The notes: a model not told the origin generated them from the letters alone. Shown: positions 17,352 to 27,726, numbered from the stretch's first letter. The stretch: 34,118 nt of DNA from Chloroflexota bacterium (GCA_028287625.1 JAQBPH010000335.1:1-34118), one strand, 5' to 3'. Translations and numbers: made by a program.

Positions 17352-18556
17352 TGGTCGGGGTTCACGGGCACCGAGGCCCGGAGGGTCAGGCCGCCGTCCT
17401 CGTTCGTCAGGATGACCAGCCGGCCGCCCATACCCTCGATGCGTTGGGAGAGCCCCACCAGCCCCCAGCCGGTGCTCCCCGCGGGGTAGGGTCGCAGCTC
17501 GAAGTGCGGTGTCAACCCGACGCCGTCGTCCTGGATGATCACGCTGACCTCTGACCCGGTGAAGTGGACGGTGAGGATCACGCTCGTGGCCGCCGCATGC
17601 TTCTCCACGTTGTGCAGACCCTCGCGCACTGCGGTGATCAACGCCACGGCGACGGCGCGGGGAAGGGCGATGGGCGTTCCCAGCACCACGACGTGGACCG
17701 GTACCCCACTTCTCTGCGAGAACGCATCGGCGTCGACGCGTGCCATGATCGAGAGCGCGTCGTCCCCCGTGGCCTCCCCGATGGTGTGGAAGGTCTCACG
17801 GAGAAACGAGGCGGCCCGCGAGGCCTGAGCCTCGATCTCCTGGAGCTGGCAGACGAGGTCCGGAGCCACCTGGGTGGCGCGCTCCTGGCCACGCTGCGCC
17901 GACACGCCGATCCCGAAGAGGATGTGGCCCAGGTGGTCGTGCAGATCGCGGGCGATGCGGTAGCGCTCGGCGTGCACCGCCTGGTTGACCGCCCGCTCCG
18001 CGGTCAGGGCGGCGAACAGCGACGGCGCGAGGCTGCCCGCCAGCCTCAGCTGAAGATCGAGCAGCCGATCGCCCAGCTCGCCCACGGAGCGGCGGGCGGC
18101 GTAGAGCACCCCGAGTGCGTGGCCACCATGGCTGATGGGCACTCCGCTCATTCCTCCCACGCCCTCGCCGTCCACGACCACACTGCAGTAGTCCCTGGTG
18201 ATGGACGGATCGTGGGCGTAGTCGGCGACCGCCACGGGCGCCTCCGTGGCGAGGACCTTCCCGCCGATCCCTGCGCCCCTGTGGACGCGCAGTTTCCCGA
18301 AGGCCTCGGTGCGCCCTCCGGCGACGCCGCGCATCTGCAGAACGCCAGGTGGTTCCTGGATCGCGACGGACACCAGGTCCATGCCCAGGCAATGGCGAGC
18401 CTCCGCGGCCGCCCGCACCGACCAGACGCTGCTCTCGACCAGGCCGTCGAGCCAGCGGCCCATCTCGACGAACTTGTCGAGGTCGGCGAGAGCCTGGTTG
18501 ACGGCGTCATCGTCGAGCTTCCGGCGCCGAAGAGCGGTTCGTAAGGCCGTTCTCAT
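17348..18556 (-). CDS. Cytoplasmic GAF-domain sensor histidine kinase (HisKA_3)
   Basis: GAF (GAGIGGKV...DY), ERYRIARDLHD, EGLHNVEKHA, DDGVG, GWGLVGL. Overlaps the regulator by 4 nt. Confidence 0.92.
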   Translation of the reverse strand: MRTALRTALRRRKLDDDAVNQALADLDKFVEMGRWLDGLVESSVWSVRAAAEARHCLGMDLVSVAIQEPPGVLQMRGVAGGRTEAFGKLRVHRGAGIGGKVLATEAPVAVADYAHDPSITRDYCSVVVDGEGVGGMSGVPISHGGHALGVLYAARRSVGELGDRLLDLQLRLAGSLAPSLFAALTAERAVNQAVHAERYRIARDLHDHLGHILFGIGVSAQRGQERATQVAPDLVCQLQEIEAQASRAASFLRETFHTIGEATGDDALSIMARVDADAFSQRSGVPVHVVVLGTPIALPRAVAVALITAVREGLHNVEKHAAATSVILTVHFTGSEVSVIIQDDGVGLTPHFELRPYPAGSTGWGLVGLSQRIEGMGGRLVILTNEDGGLTLRASVPVNPDQ

Positions 18557-18591
18557 TGGGCTATCCTATCGAGAAGTTCCGAATGCCGAAA

Positions 18592-18607
18592 CTGTCCAAT
18601 CGTGGGG
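18592..18607. promoter_or_regulatory. Candidate operator CTGTCC-AATC-GTGGGG upstream of the GAF kinase
   Basis: Lies 23 nt upstream of a minus-strand TAGGAT -10-like hexamer (18563-18568). Related sites at 19761, 24471 and 30478. Confidence 0.35.
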
Positions 18608-18780
18608 GCCTCCCGGGCAGCCCTGTTCGCGTCGACGGCGAGGCGACGCCTGATGAACCCGGACGGCGGGGTCGCGGCGCGGGAACCCTCCGAGACCGGC
18701 ACGCGACCATGTTCTGGCTGGGTGTCCAGACTGTCGATCGGGTCGACGGACGCGCGCTGAATCGGTACCATTGACCCGAC

Positions 18781-19320
18781 GTGCAACGCATCTCCGTGCC
18801 CTCCATCGTGCCCTGGTCGCATGGGCCCCGCACGCTGGGCCACTGCATCCTCGGTGGCCTGCTGGTTGCCGGTCTGGCGGCCTGTGGCGGTGGTGGCCTG
18901 CCGGGCGCCACGCCCTCCTGCAGCGCCCCGGACAGACTGGTCGTGAGCAACCGATCGGTGGGAAGGACCATCTCGATCACCGTGACCGCTCAGGACGCAG
19001 CGCCCTGCCGCATCAAGCTTCCGGTCCAGGTCTCCGTCGCCGGCGGCTCGCCGGGGGGCGGCAATCCCGAGGTGCGAGGAGATCCGGCCTCCGCCACCGT
19101 GGTGGGAGACGGAATCCTCGACGACGGGCCACCGTTTGTCGAATTCGTCTGGGCGAACTGGTGCGGACCGCAGCAGCCTCCATTCGCGCTGACGGCGATG
19201 GCCGCCCGCGGGCGGGTGGCAGCGACAGATGAGCTTCCAGCGGGGCCGGCATGTGACGACCCGTCGAAGCCATCGACGCTGACCCTTCACAGCACGGGGC
19301 CACCCCGGTTGCAGCCATAG
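18781..19320 (+). CDS. Putative lipoprotein
   Basis: Lipobox LAAC, several Cys, WANWC. Start uncertain. Confidence 0.5.
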   Translation: MQRISVPSIVPWSHGPRTLGHCILGGLLVAGLAACGGGGLPGATPSCSAPDRLVVSNRSVGRTISITVTAQDAAPCRIKLPVQVSVAGGSPGGGNPEVRGDPASATVVGDGILDDGPPFVEFVWANWCGPQQPPFALTAMAARGRVAATDELPAGPACDDPSKPSTLTLHSTGPPRLQP

Positions 19321-19760
19321 AGGGCTCGCCGGCCGGGTTCCAGGCCGGGGTCACCGACGCACGGGTCACATGTTCAGGGCGACGCTGACGATCGTGGAGA
19401 CGAGAGCGCAGACGTAATGACCGACGAGGAAGCCGGCCAGCGTCACAAGGGGAGCGCTCACGAGGAGCACCAGGAGGCGGACACTGGTCCTCCCGAGCAG
19501 CGGACGCCTGCCGGAGGCGCCCCTGACGGCCGTGGGCGAAACCCTCACGCTCATGATGATGTCCCTGTGAGGCCGACGGATGCGGCGCGTTGAGAGGCTG
19601 CAATCCTGCACTGAATTATAAACGACCGAATTGCGGTTGTCTCCCCATTCCCCGGCCGGTATGATCGACCAGAGGAGTCAACGCGGTCGCCGTTGGGGCT
19701 CCGTCGCACGACGTGGGTGCATCACTGTGACGTTCGACACGATTGGTGGAACTACGGTGA

Positions 19761-19776
19761 CTGACGGTCGCGTCAG
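19761..19776. promoter_or_regulatory. Palindromic candidate operator CTGACG-GTCG-CGTCAG upstream of the Fe-ADH/madS operon
   Basis: Perfect 6-bp arms. TACTATGCT -10-like sequence at 19802-19810. Confidence 0.4.
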
Positions 19777-19886
19777 TTAATTGGTCATCCGTGTGGGGGC
19801 GTACTATGCTGTCGGCGCGGGATGGATCCCGGGCGATGTGCGGGGAATGGGCGGGGCCACCTGCCGGTGGTGCGGGGGATGCGGGG

Positions 19887-21065
19887 ATGGTAGCCAGCTT
19901 GGGTAGGCCTCCGGGCGGCGCCCTGACGAAGTTCGTCGCCCCGGAGATTCTCCTGGGGATGGGTGCGCTGAGCGAGATCGGCTTCGCGGTCCGCCGGATG
20001 GGAGCCGTGCGCCCGCTGCTCGTCAGTGATCCCGGGGTGTCGGACGCGGGATGGGCCGATGAGGCGCTGTGCCACCTCAGGGGCGTGGGACTGCTGCCGA
20101 CAGTGTGGACGGGCCTGACCCCGAATCCGAAGGACGTGGAGGTGCACGCCGGATTCACGGTCTACCAGGAGCACGAGTGCGACGTCCTCGTCGTCGTGGG
20201 CGGAGGCAGTTGCATCGACGCTGCCAAGGGCATCGCGATCCTCGCAAGCAACGGGGGCAGGATCCTCGACTACGAGGGCGTCGACAAGGTCGTCCGGCCG
20301 ATCCCTCCGATCGTCGCGGCGCCGTCGACCGCAGGCACGGCATCGGACCTCTCGCAGTTCGCGGTCTTCACCGACACGGCACGCCATGCCAAGGTTACGC
20401 TGATAGGCCACGCCCTGGTCCCCGACATCTCGATCACCGATCCTCGTTTGCTGATGACGATGCCGTCGTGGCTGACCGGGACCACTGGGCTGGATGCCCT
20501 GACACACGGCATCGAGGCGTTCGTGTCCCGCGCCTCCAGCTGCCTGACCGACGATTACGCGCTGAGCGCGATCAGCCTGGTGCATCGCCATCTGCTCATG
20601 TCGCTCGAGCAGCCGGACTCGGTCGAGCACCGACTTGGGATGGCACGGGCGAGCATGTCTGCCGGCCTCGCGTTCAGCAACGCACTCCTCGGTGCCACCC
20701 ATGCGATCTCGCATCAGCTGGGTGGCGCCCTGGACCTGCCTCACGGCATGCTGAATGCGGTGCTGCTTCCCCATGTCATCCGCTACAACGCCGAGGCGGT
20801 CCCCGATCGCTTCCTGCGCGTGGCCACGGCCTTGGGCCTCGATACCGATCGCATCTCGTCAACCGAAGCCGGGGAGGCCGCCGCAGCGGCCGTCACGGAG
20901 CTGGCCACCTGCCTGGGAGTGCCCCGCCGGCTGCGCGACATCGACGTCCGGCGGGAATGGCTGCCCTCCTTCGCCGAGACCGCCCTGCAGGATGCCTGCA
21001 TCACCACCAACCCAAGGCCGGTGACCAGGGAGCATGTCCTGGCGCTCCTCGAAGCCGCTTTCTAG
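19887..21065 (+). CDS. Iron-containing (group III) alcohol dehydrogenase, ErcA-like
   Basis: KFVAPEI, TPNPK, GGGSCIDAAKG, STAGT, GLDALTHGIE, GATHAISHQLGG, PHG, TNPR. Directly upstream of a MadS-like kinase. Confidence 0.9.
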   Translation: MVASLGRPPGGALTKFVAPEILLGMGALSEIGFAVRRMGAVRPLLVSDPGVSDAGWADEALCHLRGVGLLPTVWTGLTPNPKDVEVHAGFTVYQEHECDVLVVVGGGSCIDAAKGIAILASNGGRILDYEGVDKVVRPIPPIVAAPSTAGTASDLSQFAVFTDTARHAKVTLIGHALVPDISITDPRLLMTMPSWLTGTTGLDALTHGIEAFVSRASSCLTDDYALSAISLVHRHLLMSLEQPDSVEHRLGMARASMSAGLAFSNALLGATHAISHQLGGALDLPHGMLNAVLLPHVIRYNAEAVPDRFLRVATALGLDTDRISSTEAGEAAAAAVTELATCLGVPRRLRDIDVRREWLPSFAETALQDACITTNPRPVTREHVLALLEAAF

Positions 21066-21082
21066 GCGGAGGAGCCGACCGG

Positions 21083-22411
21083 ATGAGTGTGGAGGCGGAG
21101 CGCGACGAGGCGCTGGCCCTGCTGACCGGCGTCCGGTCGTACAAACTCTCGTACTACAGCGACTACGTCCACACGGCGAGGAGGCTGGACCGCAACATCC
21201 GCGCTCTGGCCGTGGCCTCTCGAACGCTCACCAGTCTGAGTGGAGGCCCGGCGGAGGTCCTCAGCGTCGCTGTGGTCTCGGCCGTCGAGGTCTTCGGGGG
21301 CGAGTGGGCAGCGGCGGCGTTCGAGCACTCGACTGTCGCGCAGACGCCTCACCTCGTGGTTGCCGAGGCCAGCGGGCTCGTCGACCCGTCGCTGTTGTCC
21401 GACTCGACACGTCAGGTTCTCGACCAGGTCAGGGAGTTGGCGCCGGGCCGCGTGGAGGCCCTCTCGCTGTCAGGTCGACCCACCCTCATCGCTCCATTCG
21501 TCTGGCAGCAGCAGGTCTGCGGATGGCTCGTCGTCGCGCTCCCCCTGTGCCGCGAGATCGAAAACGCCGATCGGGCGCTGCTTGCGACCCTCACCAATCA
21601 CATCATCGCGGCCGCGCAGAGCAGCTTCCTGCTCACGCGGAGCGAACAGTTGCGTGCGGAGGCGGCGCGGTCGTGTGACGAGGCCCTGGCGACGGCCGCG
21701 TCGCTCCAGGCTGCGAACGCTCAGCTGCGCAGGGCTCATGCCGCCCTGGCGGAGGCCCGTCAGCGTGAGCTGATCGAGACCGAGCGTGAACGCCTCGCTC
21801 GGGAGCTCCACGACAGCATCGCACAGCGGGTGCTCACCATCGGGATGAACGCGGAGTGGTGCAGGGTGAATGCGGGTGCGCCCGTGGTCAGCGAGCGGAT
21901 CTCCGAGATCAAGCGGCTGGCGCGAGAGACGGTGGCCGAGATCCGCTCTGCCATCTTCAACCTCTCCGCTGCCGACGAGTGCATCGACGACGATATCGTC
22001 ATCGCAATTCGGAGGCTGGCTCGTGAGCTCCGGAGCTGGGGTGTCCACGTGACGGTACGGCACCAGGGGACGCCGACCATCCTCGGACTTGCGGTCCGCC
22101 GGGCTCTGGTCCGCTGCGCTCGCGAGGCTCTCTTCAACGCGCTCATCCACTCGGGCAGCCCAAGAGTAGCGGTAACCCTGGCCTTCGACCCAGGGCGCCT
22201 GTGCGTCACCGTGAGGGACCAGGGCAGCGGTGACGCCGCGGAGCTTCGTGGGCATCTCCACGCCGCCACCGCATCGCAGGGGGATGGCTATCACCGAGGG
22301 CTTGCGTACGTCGACGCAACTCTCCGTCAGGTGGGCGGCGCACTGGAGATACGGAACGCCCGCCGGAGAGGGATCAGCATCGTGGCAACGGTCCCCCTGG
22401 ACACGCCGTGA
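21083..22411 (+). CDS. madS: MadS-like sensor histidine kinase
   Basis: GGAGGA RBS. N-terminal LTGVRSYKLSYY, GAF-like region, ERERLARELHDS, EALFNALIHS, DQGSG, YHRGL. Confidence 0.82.
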   Translation: MSVEAERDEALALLTGVRSYKLSYYSDYVHTARRLDRNIRALAVASRTLTSLSGGPAEVLSVAVVSAVEVFGGEWAAAAFEHSTVAQTPHLVVAEASGLVDPSLLSDSTRQVLDQVRELAPGRVEALSLSGRPTLIAPFVWQQQVCGWLVVALPLCREIENADRALLATLTNHIIAAAQSSFLLTRSEQLRAEAARSCDEALATAASLQAANAQLRRAHAALAEARQRELIETERERLARELHDSIAQRVLTIGMNAEWCRVNAGAPVVSERISEIKRLARETVAEIRSAIFNLSAADECIDDDIVIAIRRLARELRSWGVHVTVRHQGTPTILGLAVRRALVRCAREALFNALIHSGSPRVAVTLAFDPGRLCVTVRDQGSGDAAELRGHLHAATASQGDGYHRGLAYVDATLRQVGGALEIRNARRRGISIVATVPLDTP

Positions 22412-22669
22412 ACCGCCCGGGCGGACTACCCCTTCGACTCGTTGATCCCGGCGCCCGACGGGTCGGCCGCCGAAGTGCCACGGTCCGTGAGTGCCATGAA
22501 CGCCAGCAGCGCCAGCAACATGACGAACATCACCACGACGACCGCATATGTCGAGCTCATGATACGACCTCCTCTGCGCCAGTTCGTCCATTCCAACCCA
22601 CGCTGCCTGGCTCGTCGCAGCGCGTGCGATCTTCACAAGACGTGTCGTGCTGCACGCCGCGGCTCATCG

Positions 22670-23350
22670 TCACAGAAGGCCCAGCCGCAGGGCTTCGGAG
22701 ACGACGCCCGCCCGCCGTTGGATGCCGAGCTTCTCGCATACGTTGTGCAGATGGAACTTGACCGTCGTTGCACTGATGAAGAGCTCGGAACCGATCTGCT
22801 TGTTCGAGAGCCCGCGGGCGACCAGTCGCACCACCTGCTGCTCCCGATCCGTGAGGGTCAGATGCGCCCCGCTGGTTCCCTGGGTGGCGAGTGACCGGGC
22901 GAGGGCGTCCGCTGTGTGGCTGTCCAGAGCGTGCCTCCCCTCACGCACCGCCTTGATGCTGTCGGCGAGGACCGCGGCATCGACGTCCTTGAGGACATAG
23001 CCCATCGCCCCGCTCTGGAGGGCATCGACGACCAGGCGGTCACTGACGAACGTCGAGAGGATGAGCACCGCGACATCGGGGAACCGGCTGCTCAGATCCC
23101 GACACAGGTGCAGGCCGGAGGTGTTGTCGCCCGGGCAGAGCTGAAGATCAGCCAGGACAACGTGCGGCGATGTCCTTTCCACGACGTCGAGGGCCTCCGC
23201 CGCGGTCGACGCCTCGCCGACGAACGTGATGCTCGGCTCCTGTTCCAGGATCAATCTCAGGCCGTGACGCACGATGGCGTGGTCGTCCACGATCACCAGC
23301 CTGATCAGGTGGGACGCCGTGTCGGGCTCCAGAACGTCACCCACTACCAT
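22670..23350 (-). CDS. madR: MadR-like NarL/LuxR response regulator
   Basis: IVDDHAIVRHGLR, VVLADLQL, GYVLKDVD, LTDREQQV...GLSNKQIG...TVKFH. Confidence 0.85.
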   Translation of the reverse strand: MVVGDVLEPDTASHLIRLVIVDDHAIVRHGLRLILEQEPSITFVGEASTAAEALDVVERTSPHVVLADLQLCPGDNTSGLHLCRDLSSRFPDVAVLILSTFVSDRLVVDALQSGAMGYVLKDVDAAVLADSIKAVREGRHALDSHTADALARSLATQGTSGAHLTLTDREQQVVRLVARGLSNKQIGSELFISATTVKFHLHNVCEKLGIQRRAGVVSEALRLGLL

Positions 23351-23450
23351 CGCCGGCTCAGACCCCCCGCGGGCGACCGTCCGGCGTCACGGCCGGACAG
23401 CGCCTGGTGCCATTATCCCCCCCGTAGCGGAGCATGGGAGCGGTATTCCT

Positions 23451-23720
23451 TCATCCGCCGGTCGCGGGGTCGATGGACACGCGAATCTGCGAGATGCGCG
23501 ATGCCGGGAATCCCCCCCTGCGCGCGTGCTCGCGGATGCTCTCGGCGTCCGGCGCCACGTAGACGCAGTAGATCCGATCGTCGACCACGTAGCTCTGCTG
23601 CCAGTGGACGTTGGGCAGCTCGGCCAGCACGGCGTTCGACCGAGCACTGATCGTCTGCAGTTCGTCAGGGCTGAGATCGCCCGCGCCGGGGATGTCGCGC
23701 TCGATCACGAACTTCGGCAT
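23451..23720 (-). CDS. DUF4242 family protein
   Basis: GGAGGAA RBS. MPKFVIERDIPGAG...SYVVDDRIYCVYVAPDAESIREHARRGGFP. Confidence 0.9.
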   Translation of the reverse strand: MPKFVIERDIPGAGDLSPDELQTISARSNAVLAELPNVHWQQSYVVDDRIYCVYVAPDAESIREHARRGGFPASRISQIRVSIDPATGG

Positions 23721-24206
23721 GGTGGTTCCTCCTGGAGTGCGGTCTCGTCGGATGCGACGGCCGGCGGGATGCCGGCGAAGCGGAGCAGGGCGACGCCCTC
23801 CTCGAGCCGTGCTTCGATCCACATGTGATTCCCTTCGAGAGACGACACCCCACCCGAGCGCCGGCGGCACTCCTGGAGCGCGGCGAGCGCCTCCTCGAAG
23901 GTGAGGAGAGTGGCGGCCCCCTCCTGTCGCAGACGTCGGAGCATGTCGCCACCGCCTGGGGAGGCGCTCTGAGCAGGATCGTTGAAGTGGGAGGTCACCA
24001 CATTCGTCCGTGCCACGTGTCCGTTGGCGGGTCATCGCACCCTGACGGATGAACAAAAGCAGTGGAATGGGCGAGTTGTCAATAGCCGTGGACTGTCTCC
24101 GGTAGGACGGGCAGGCACTGCCTGGTCATTCGCAGGGGAGGCGCCTGTCCAGACAGCCGCCACCGCGACACGGTCCGACCATGGCCTGCCACTCGCGGAT
24201 CCAGGT

Positions 24207-24428
24207 CTAGACCACGGCCGGTGCAAGGGCGACGGCCAGGAGCAGGAAGACGACGCCGGTGACCGCTGCCGCCACGACGCGTTGGCGTCCACGTGGCCGG
24301 GTGAGCGTCCATCCCAGGAGCACAGAGAACATAACCCCACCCGCGATCGCCTCGAACCCCACACCGAGGGTCCGGCCCCATTCTCCACGGCCAGCTCGAT
24401 GGAACGTGAAAGCGATGATCGTCGCCAT
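24207..24428 (-). CDS. Small hypothetical membrane protein
   Basis: 73 aa with hydrophobic segments. Preceded by a TAGAGT -10-like hexamer and a candidate operator. Confidence 0.45.
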   Translation of the reverse strand: MATIIAFTFHRAGRGEWGRTLGVGFEAIAGGVMFSVLLGWTLTRPRGRQRVVAAAVTGVVFLLLAVALAPAVV

Positions 24429-24470
24429 GACTCAGGCAAAACTCTAGCGCACCCGACCATCAGCACGACC

Positions 24471-24486
24471 CTGTCCTTTCGGCCAG
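24471..24486. promoter_or_regulatory. Candidate operator CTGTCC-TTTC-GGCCAG
   Basis: Near-palindrome 24 nt upstream of minus-strand TAGAGT (24441-24446). Confidence 0.35.
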
Positions 24487-24563
24487 TCATTCGGCGCCGC
24501 CACCGCCACCTTGCCTGTCTGCCGACGTTGGGCTAGACTACGTGGGCACCTGTACTCGCACCA

Positions 24564-25103
24564 TTGTGCGCGGCGATGGCCGCGTCACCGCCTCACCCCA
24601 CCATGAGCGCTCGCGCTGATCTGTACGACCCCACCTCTACCGCCAGGCGGACCGCCGCCCTGAGCCGCGAGGCTCACCGCGTCGTCCACCGGGCCGAGAA
24701 GGTGCATGCGGGCGCCATCAGCGCGCTGGAGGAGGTCTCCGCCTCTGGGCCGCGTTCCGACGCCCGCGCAGCCGCCAGGACTCCGATGAGCCACCTCGCC
24801 GCGCCGTCGCCGCGATATCCGGTCCGCAGACGGCGGGGACCGGTGGTCGCGATGGAACGGGAGGTCCCCGCCATCCTGGTCGGCGTCGGATCACTGGCGC
24901 TGACGGCCGCCTGTGTGGCGCTGGCTCTGCACGGACCGTCGGGAGGAGACCCGCTCTCGTGGGTCGCGAACGGCGCGGTGCCGAGCGAGGGGAATGGCGT
25001 CGTCGGGGTTCTGCTGGGGTCGGTCGCTGCTCTCGTCGTCGTCGGCGTGCTTGCCGCGCGCCGTGGGTTGCCTCTTCGGACGATCAGGCACGGCGGTCGG
25101 TGA
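24564..25103 (+). CDS. Hypothetical membrane protein
   Basis: Two C-terminal hydrophobic helices. Start uncertain (ATG 24576-24603 region). Confidence 0.45.
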   Translation: MCAAMAASPPHPTMSARADLYDPTSTARRTAALSREAHRVVHRAEKVHAGAISALEEVSASGPRSDARAAARTPMSHLAAPSPRYPVRRRRGPVVAMEREVPAILVGVGSLALTAACVALALHGPSGGDPLSWVANGAVPSEGNGVVGVLLGSVAALVVVGVLAARRGLPLRTIRHGGR

Positions 25104-25117
25104 GCACCCTCCCGTAG

Positions 25118-25300
25118 TCACCCGTTGCGCTGCCGCCGGCGCCACTCGTGCCATCGGCGGCGCAGGATCCGACGACGCTCGCGCCACCATGGGCCGAAAC
25201 CGCCCTCCTCGTCCCACCGGCTCTCCAACTGCAGCACCCAGAGAAGGATGACGATCATGAAGAACAAGCCGGGAAAGATGAATGGCAACAGTCTACCCAT
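25118..25300 (-). CDS. Small single-TM protein with Arg/Trp-rich tail
   Basis: ATG overlaps the mftM stop region. MGRLLPFIFPGLFFMIVILLWVL... Confidence 0.5.
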   Translation of the reverse strand: MGRLLPFIFPGLFFMIVILLWVLQLESRWDEEGGFGPWWRERRRILRRRWHEWRRRQRNG

Positions 25301-26198
25301 GGCCGCAGCCCTTCTCCGCATCCGCAATCTCCTCCTCCGGCCGATGCGGTGGACCGGGGCGGGTGGAGCTCGTCCCCTCTGTGCAGATTGCATTCTCCGC
25401 ACGGTCGGCAAGGAGCCAGCCACCGTCCGACTCCCAGACCGATGACCTCCAGCCGGCCGCCGGTGCCATGGCGCGAAGCGTGTCGAGCGAGAAGGCTCGC
25501 ACGTGGCCGTACACCGGAGCGGGGGTGTTCTCCAAGGGGACGGTGACGATCACACGCTCGCGGGCCACCCGTGCCATCTCGGTGACCACCGCTGTCCCCC
25601 GGGAGGCGGGGAGGTGCTCGAGGACGTGCGCTGCGACCACGGTGCCGACGGTCGCATCTCCAAACGGTAGACGTGCTCCGTCCGCGGCCACAAAGCGCGT
25701 GCGGCTCGCCCGACCGCTCGCGTTCTGGCCGGCGAGCGCCACCATGGGCGGCGAGATGTCCACACCCACAACGGTGAGGTCCGGAGAACGTTCACAGAGC
25801 AGGAGAGGTAGGAAGCCGAAGCACGAACCGACGTCCACGACGCTGGCACCGAGGACGAGGTCGGCGACCTGCCGGTAGATCCGTGCGAAGGTGGCGATCG
25901 TGCCCGCCATCCTCTCCTTCAGAGGCGCGAGATCGCGGAGACCCCGAAGGGTATTGCGATAGAAGCGGGCCCACGCCTCGTCCACGGTGGGCGCGCCCCT
26001 GAGCACCACCGACACGAACGCTCTCTCGAAGGACCGCACGTCAACCACGAGACCGAGGGGGCCGAGCTCGGACACGAGGTGGTCGCCCAGGTCGTTGTCG
26101 ACGGTGAGCCGTTCCAGGCGAGGGTGGATACGCCCCCCGGCGATCCGGAAGTGCGGGGTCTCGACCATCGACGGTGATCTGCGCTCCTCATCCAGCAC
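25293..26198 (-). CDS. mftM: Mycofactocin-associated class I SAM methyltransferase (MftM-like)
   Basis: VDNDL, AWARFYRNTL, VVDVGSCFGFL, HVLEHL, VTVPLE...YGH. Follows madC. Start is GTG 26198 or ATG 26168. Confidence 0.8.
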   Translation of the reverse strand: MLDEERRSPSMVETPHFRIAGGRIHPRLERLTVDNDLGDHLVSELGPLGLVVDVRSFERAFVSVVLRGAPTVDEAWARFYRNTLRGLRDLAPLKERMAGTIATFARIYRQVADLVLGASVVDVGSCFGFLPLLLCERSPDLTVVGVDISPPMVALAGQNASGRASRTRFVAADGARLPFGDATVGTVVAAHVLEHLPASRGTAVVTEMARVARERVIVTVPLENTPAPVYGHVRAFSLDTLRAMAPAAGWRSSVWESDGGWLLADRAENAICTEGTSSTRPGPPHRPEEEIADAEKGCGHG

Positions 26199-27714
26199 GT
26201 CTGCCGCCCGCCACGGCTGCCATGACCTGGTGCAGGGTGTGCTCCAACCCGTGGAAGTCGCGCACCACCTCGATGCGATCACACCACTCCGCGTACAGCG
26301 GCAGGTCGCACTGGCCGAGCGCCCAGGAATACTGGGGTTCGGGGGTCAGCCACAACACGCTGCGAGCCTGGCGGGCGACGGCCTCGAAGACGGCGAGCTC
26401 GGGGTCGTTGCCGTTCCCGCGACCGTCCCCGAGCACCAGGAGCGTCGACCGGTGCGTCACCGCCGGGAGGTGGTGGTCGCGCAGCTGTCGTAGGGCGCGG
26501 CCGTAGTCGGAGGGAGCCGCGACGTCGATGACGTCGCCACCGAAGAGGAGACCGAGCGCACGCTCCAGGGGCTGGTCGTGGAACAGCTCGGTGACCTCGA
26601 CGAGCTCGTTCACGAAGGCGAACGTCCTCACCCGTGGGACGAGCCGCTGCAGCCCGTGGACCATGTGGAGCGTGAACCGGGCCGAGTTCCGGACCGAGAG
26701 GCTGACATCGACCAGCACCACCAGCCGTGGCCGGTGATGGGTGCGAGCCATGGTGATGGGATGGAATGGGACACCCTCGCTGCGCAGGTTCGCCCTCATG
26801 GTCCGTCCCACGTCGACCCGGCCACGGGGGCCGACTCGCTTCCGATGGGTCAGCGCGCCCTTCAGCTGGCTGGTCAACCGCCGCAGGGCGTCCTCCATGT
26901 GCGCTCTCTCGTCCTCGCTGATGCGTTCGACATACGCTGTCGCGCTCGCGTCGCGGGTCTCGTACTTTCGCCCCTGCGCGGCCAGCCGCTCGAGATGAGC
27001 CTTCAGCAGCTCCGGCAGGTTCTCGATCATGCCCTCGACCTGGCGTCGCCGCGCGGCAGCCCCCTCCGGGGAGTCCGATCCGTCGTCCAGCCAGTCGAGG
27101 AGCGCGTCCTGCTCCGCGATCGTCAGCTCCATGCCGATGCGCGTGGCGCCCGGCGCGGACAGGTCCCGCGCAGACGACGCACCGCGGAGGCGCATCGTGT
27201 CGAGCTGAACGGTCCTGAGGTCGCGGCGGTCGTCGGCCGCGCCCGGCTCCTTGCTCAGGATGAGCTGTTCGGTCAGAGAGGCGATGTCGATCTTCTCCGC
27301 TGGCTGGTGGAGGTTGTACTGGGTGGCGAGGTCGCGCGGGTCGAAGTACTCACGGATGTCGACGGGGTCGTCATGGCTGTGCCCGTCGTCCGGGATGGTG
27401 GAGGGCTCCTCGGACAGCGTGACCCGTGCCACGCTGGACTGGTCGTTGAGATGGTCGTGGCCGTGCTCGCGCCGGTCCTCGGCCTCCTGCCCGAGCAGCG
27501 GCGAGACCCGGAAGTACCGCTCGAAGAGGTCCTCGTACATGGGCCAATCGCGCTGCTCCTTGACGAGCGCGGCACCCAGGCCCTCCTTGAGCGTCTGGCG
27601 GTCGCGGAAGCCGAGCGCCTGTGCGACGGTCATGGCGTCGAGCACCTCGGTGGTCGACACCCGGACGCCGTGGTCACGCAGGAGCCGGGCGAAGCGGTGC
27701 AGTCCCCGTTCCAC
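26188..27714 (-). CDS. madC: MadC / CoxE-like VWA domain protein
   Basis: LHRFARLLRDHGVRVS, GRVDVGRTMRANL, MIDAS DVSLSV, SDYG, LGDGRGN, WLTPE. Confidence 0.88.
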   Translation of the reverse strand: MERGLHRFARLLRDHGVRVSTTEVLDAMTVAQALGFRDRQTLKEGLGAALVKEQRDWPMYEDLFERYFRVSPLLGQEAEDRREHGHDHLNDQSSVARVTLSEEPSTIPDDGHSHDDPVDIREYFDPRDLATQYNLHQPAEKIDIASLTEQLILSKEPGAADDRRDLRTVQLDTMRLRGASSARDLSAPGATRIGMELTIAEQDALLDWLDDGSDSPEGAAARRRQVEGMIENLPELLKAHLERLAAQGRKYETRDASATAYVERISEDERAHMEDALRRLTSQLKGALTHRKRVGPRGRVDVGRTMRANLRSEGVPFHPITMARTHHRPRLVVLVDVSLSVRNSARFTLHMVHGLQRLVPRVRTFAFVNELVEVTELFHDQPLERALGLLFGGDVIDVAAPSDYGRALRQLRDHHLPAVTHRSTLLVLGDGRGNGNDPELAVFEAVARQARSVLWLTPEPQYSWALGQCDLPLYAEWCDRIEVVRDFHGLEHTLHQVMAAVAGGRRAG

Positions 27715-27726
27715 GGACGTGCCGTC

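Noticed and set aside
20069-22411. 780-aa ADH-kinase fusion suggested by the ORF track
   Set aside because: The N-terminal part is an off-frame read of the ADH gene. The kinase has its own RBS and ATG at 21083.
23705-24016. 103-aa ORF upstream of DUF4242
   Set aside because: No recognisable motif and it overlaps the DUF4242 RBS/start. Support is insufficient.
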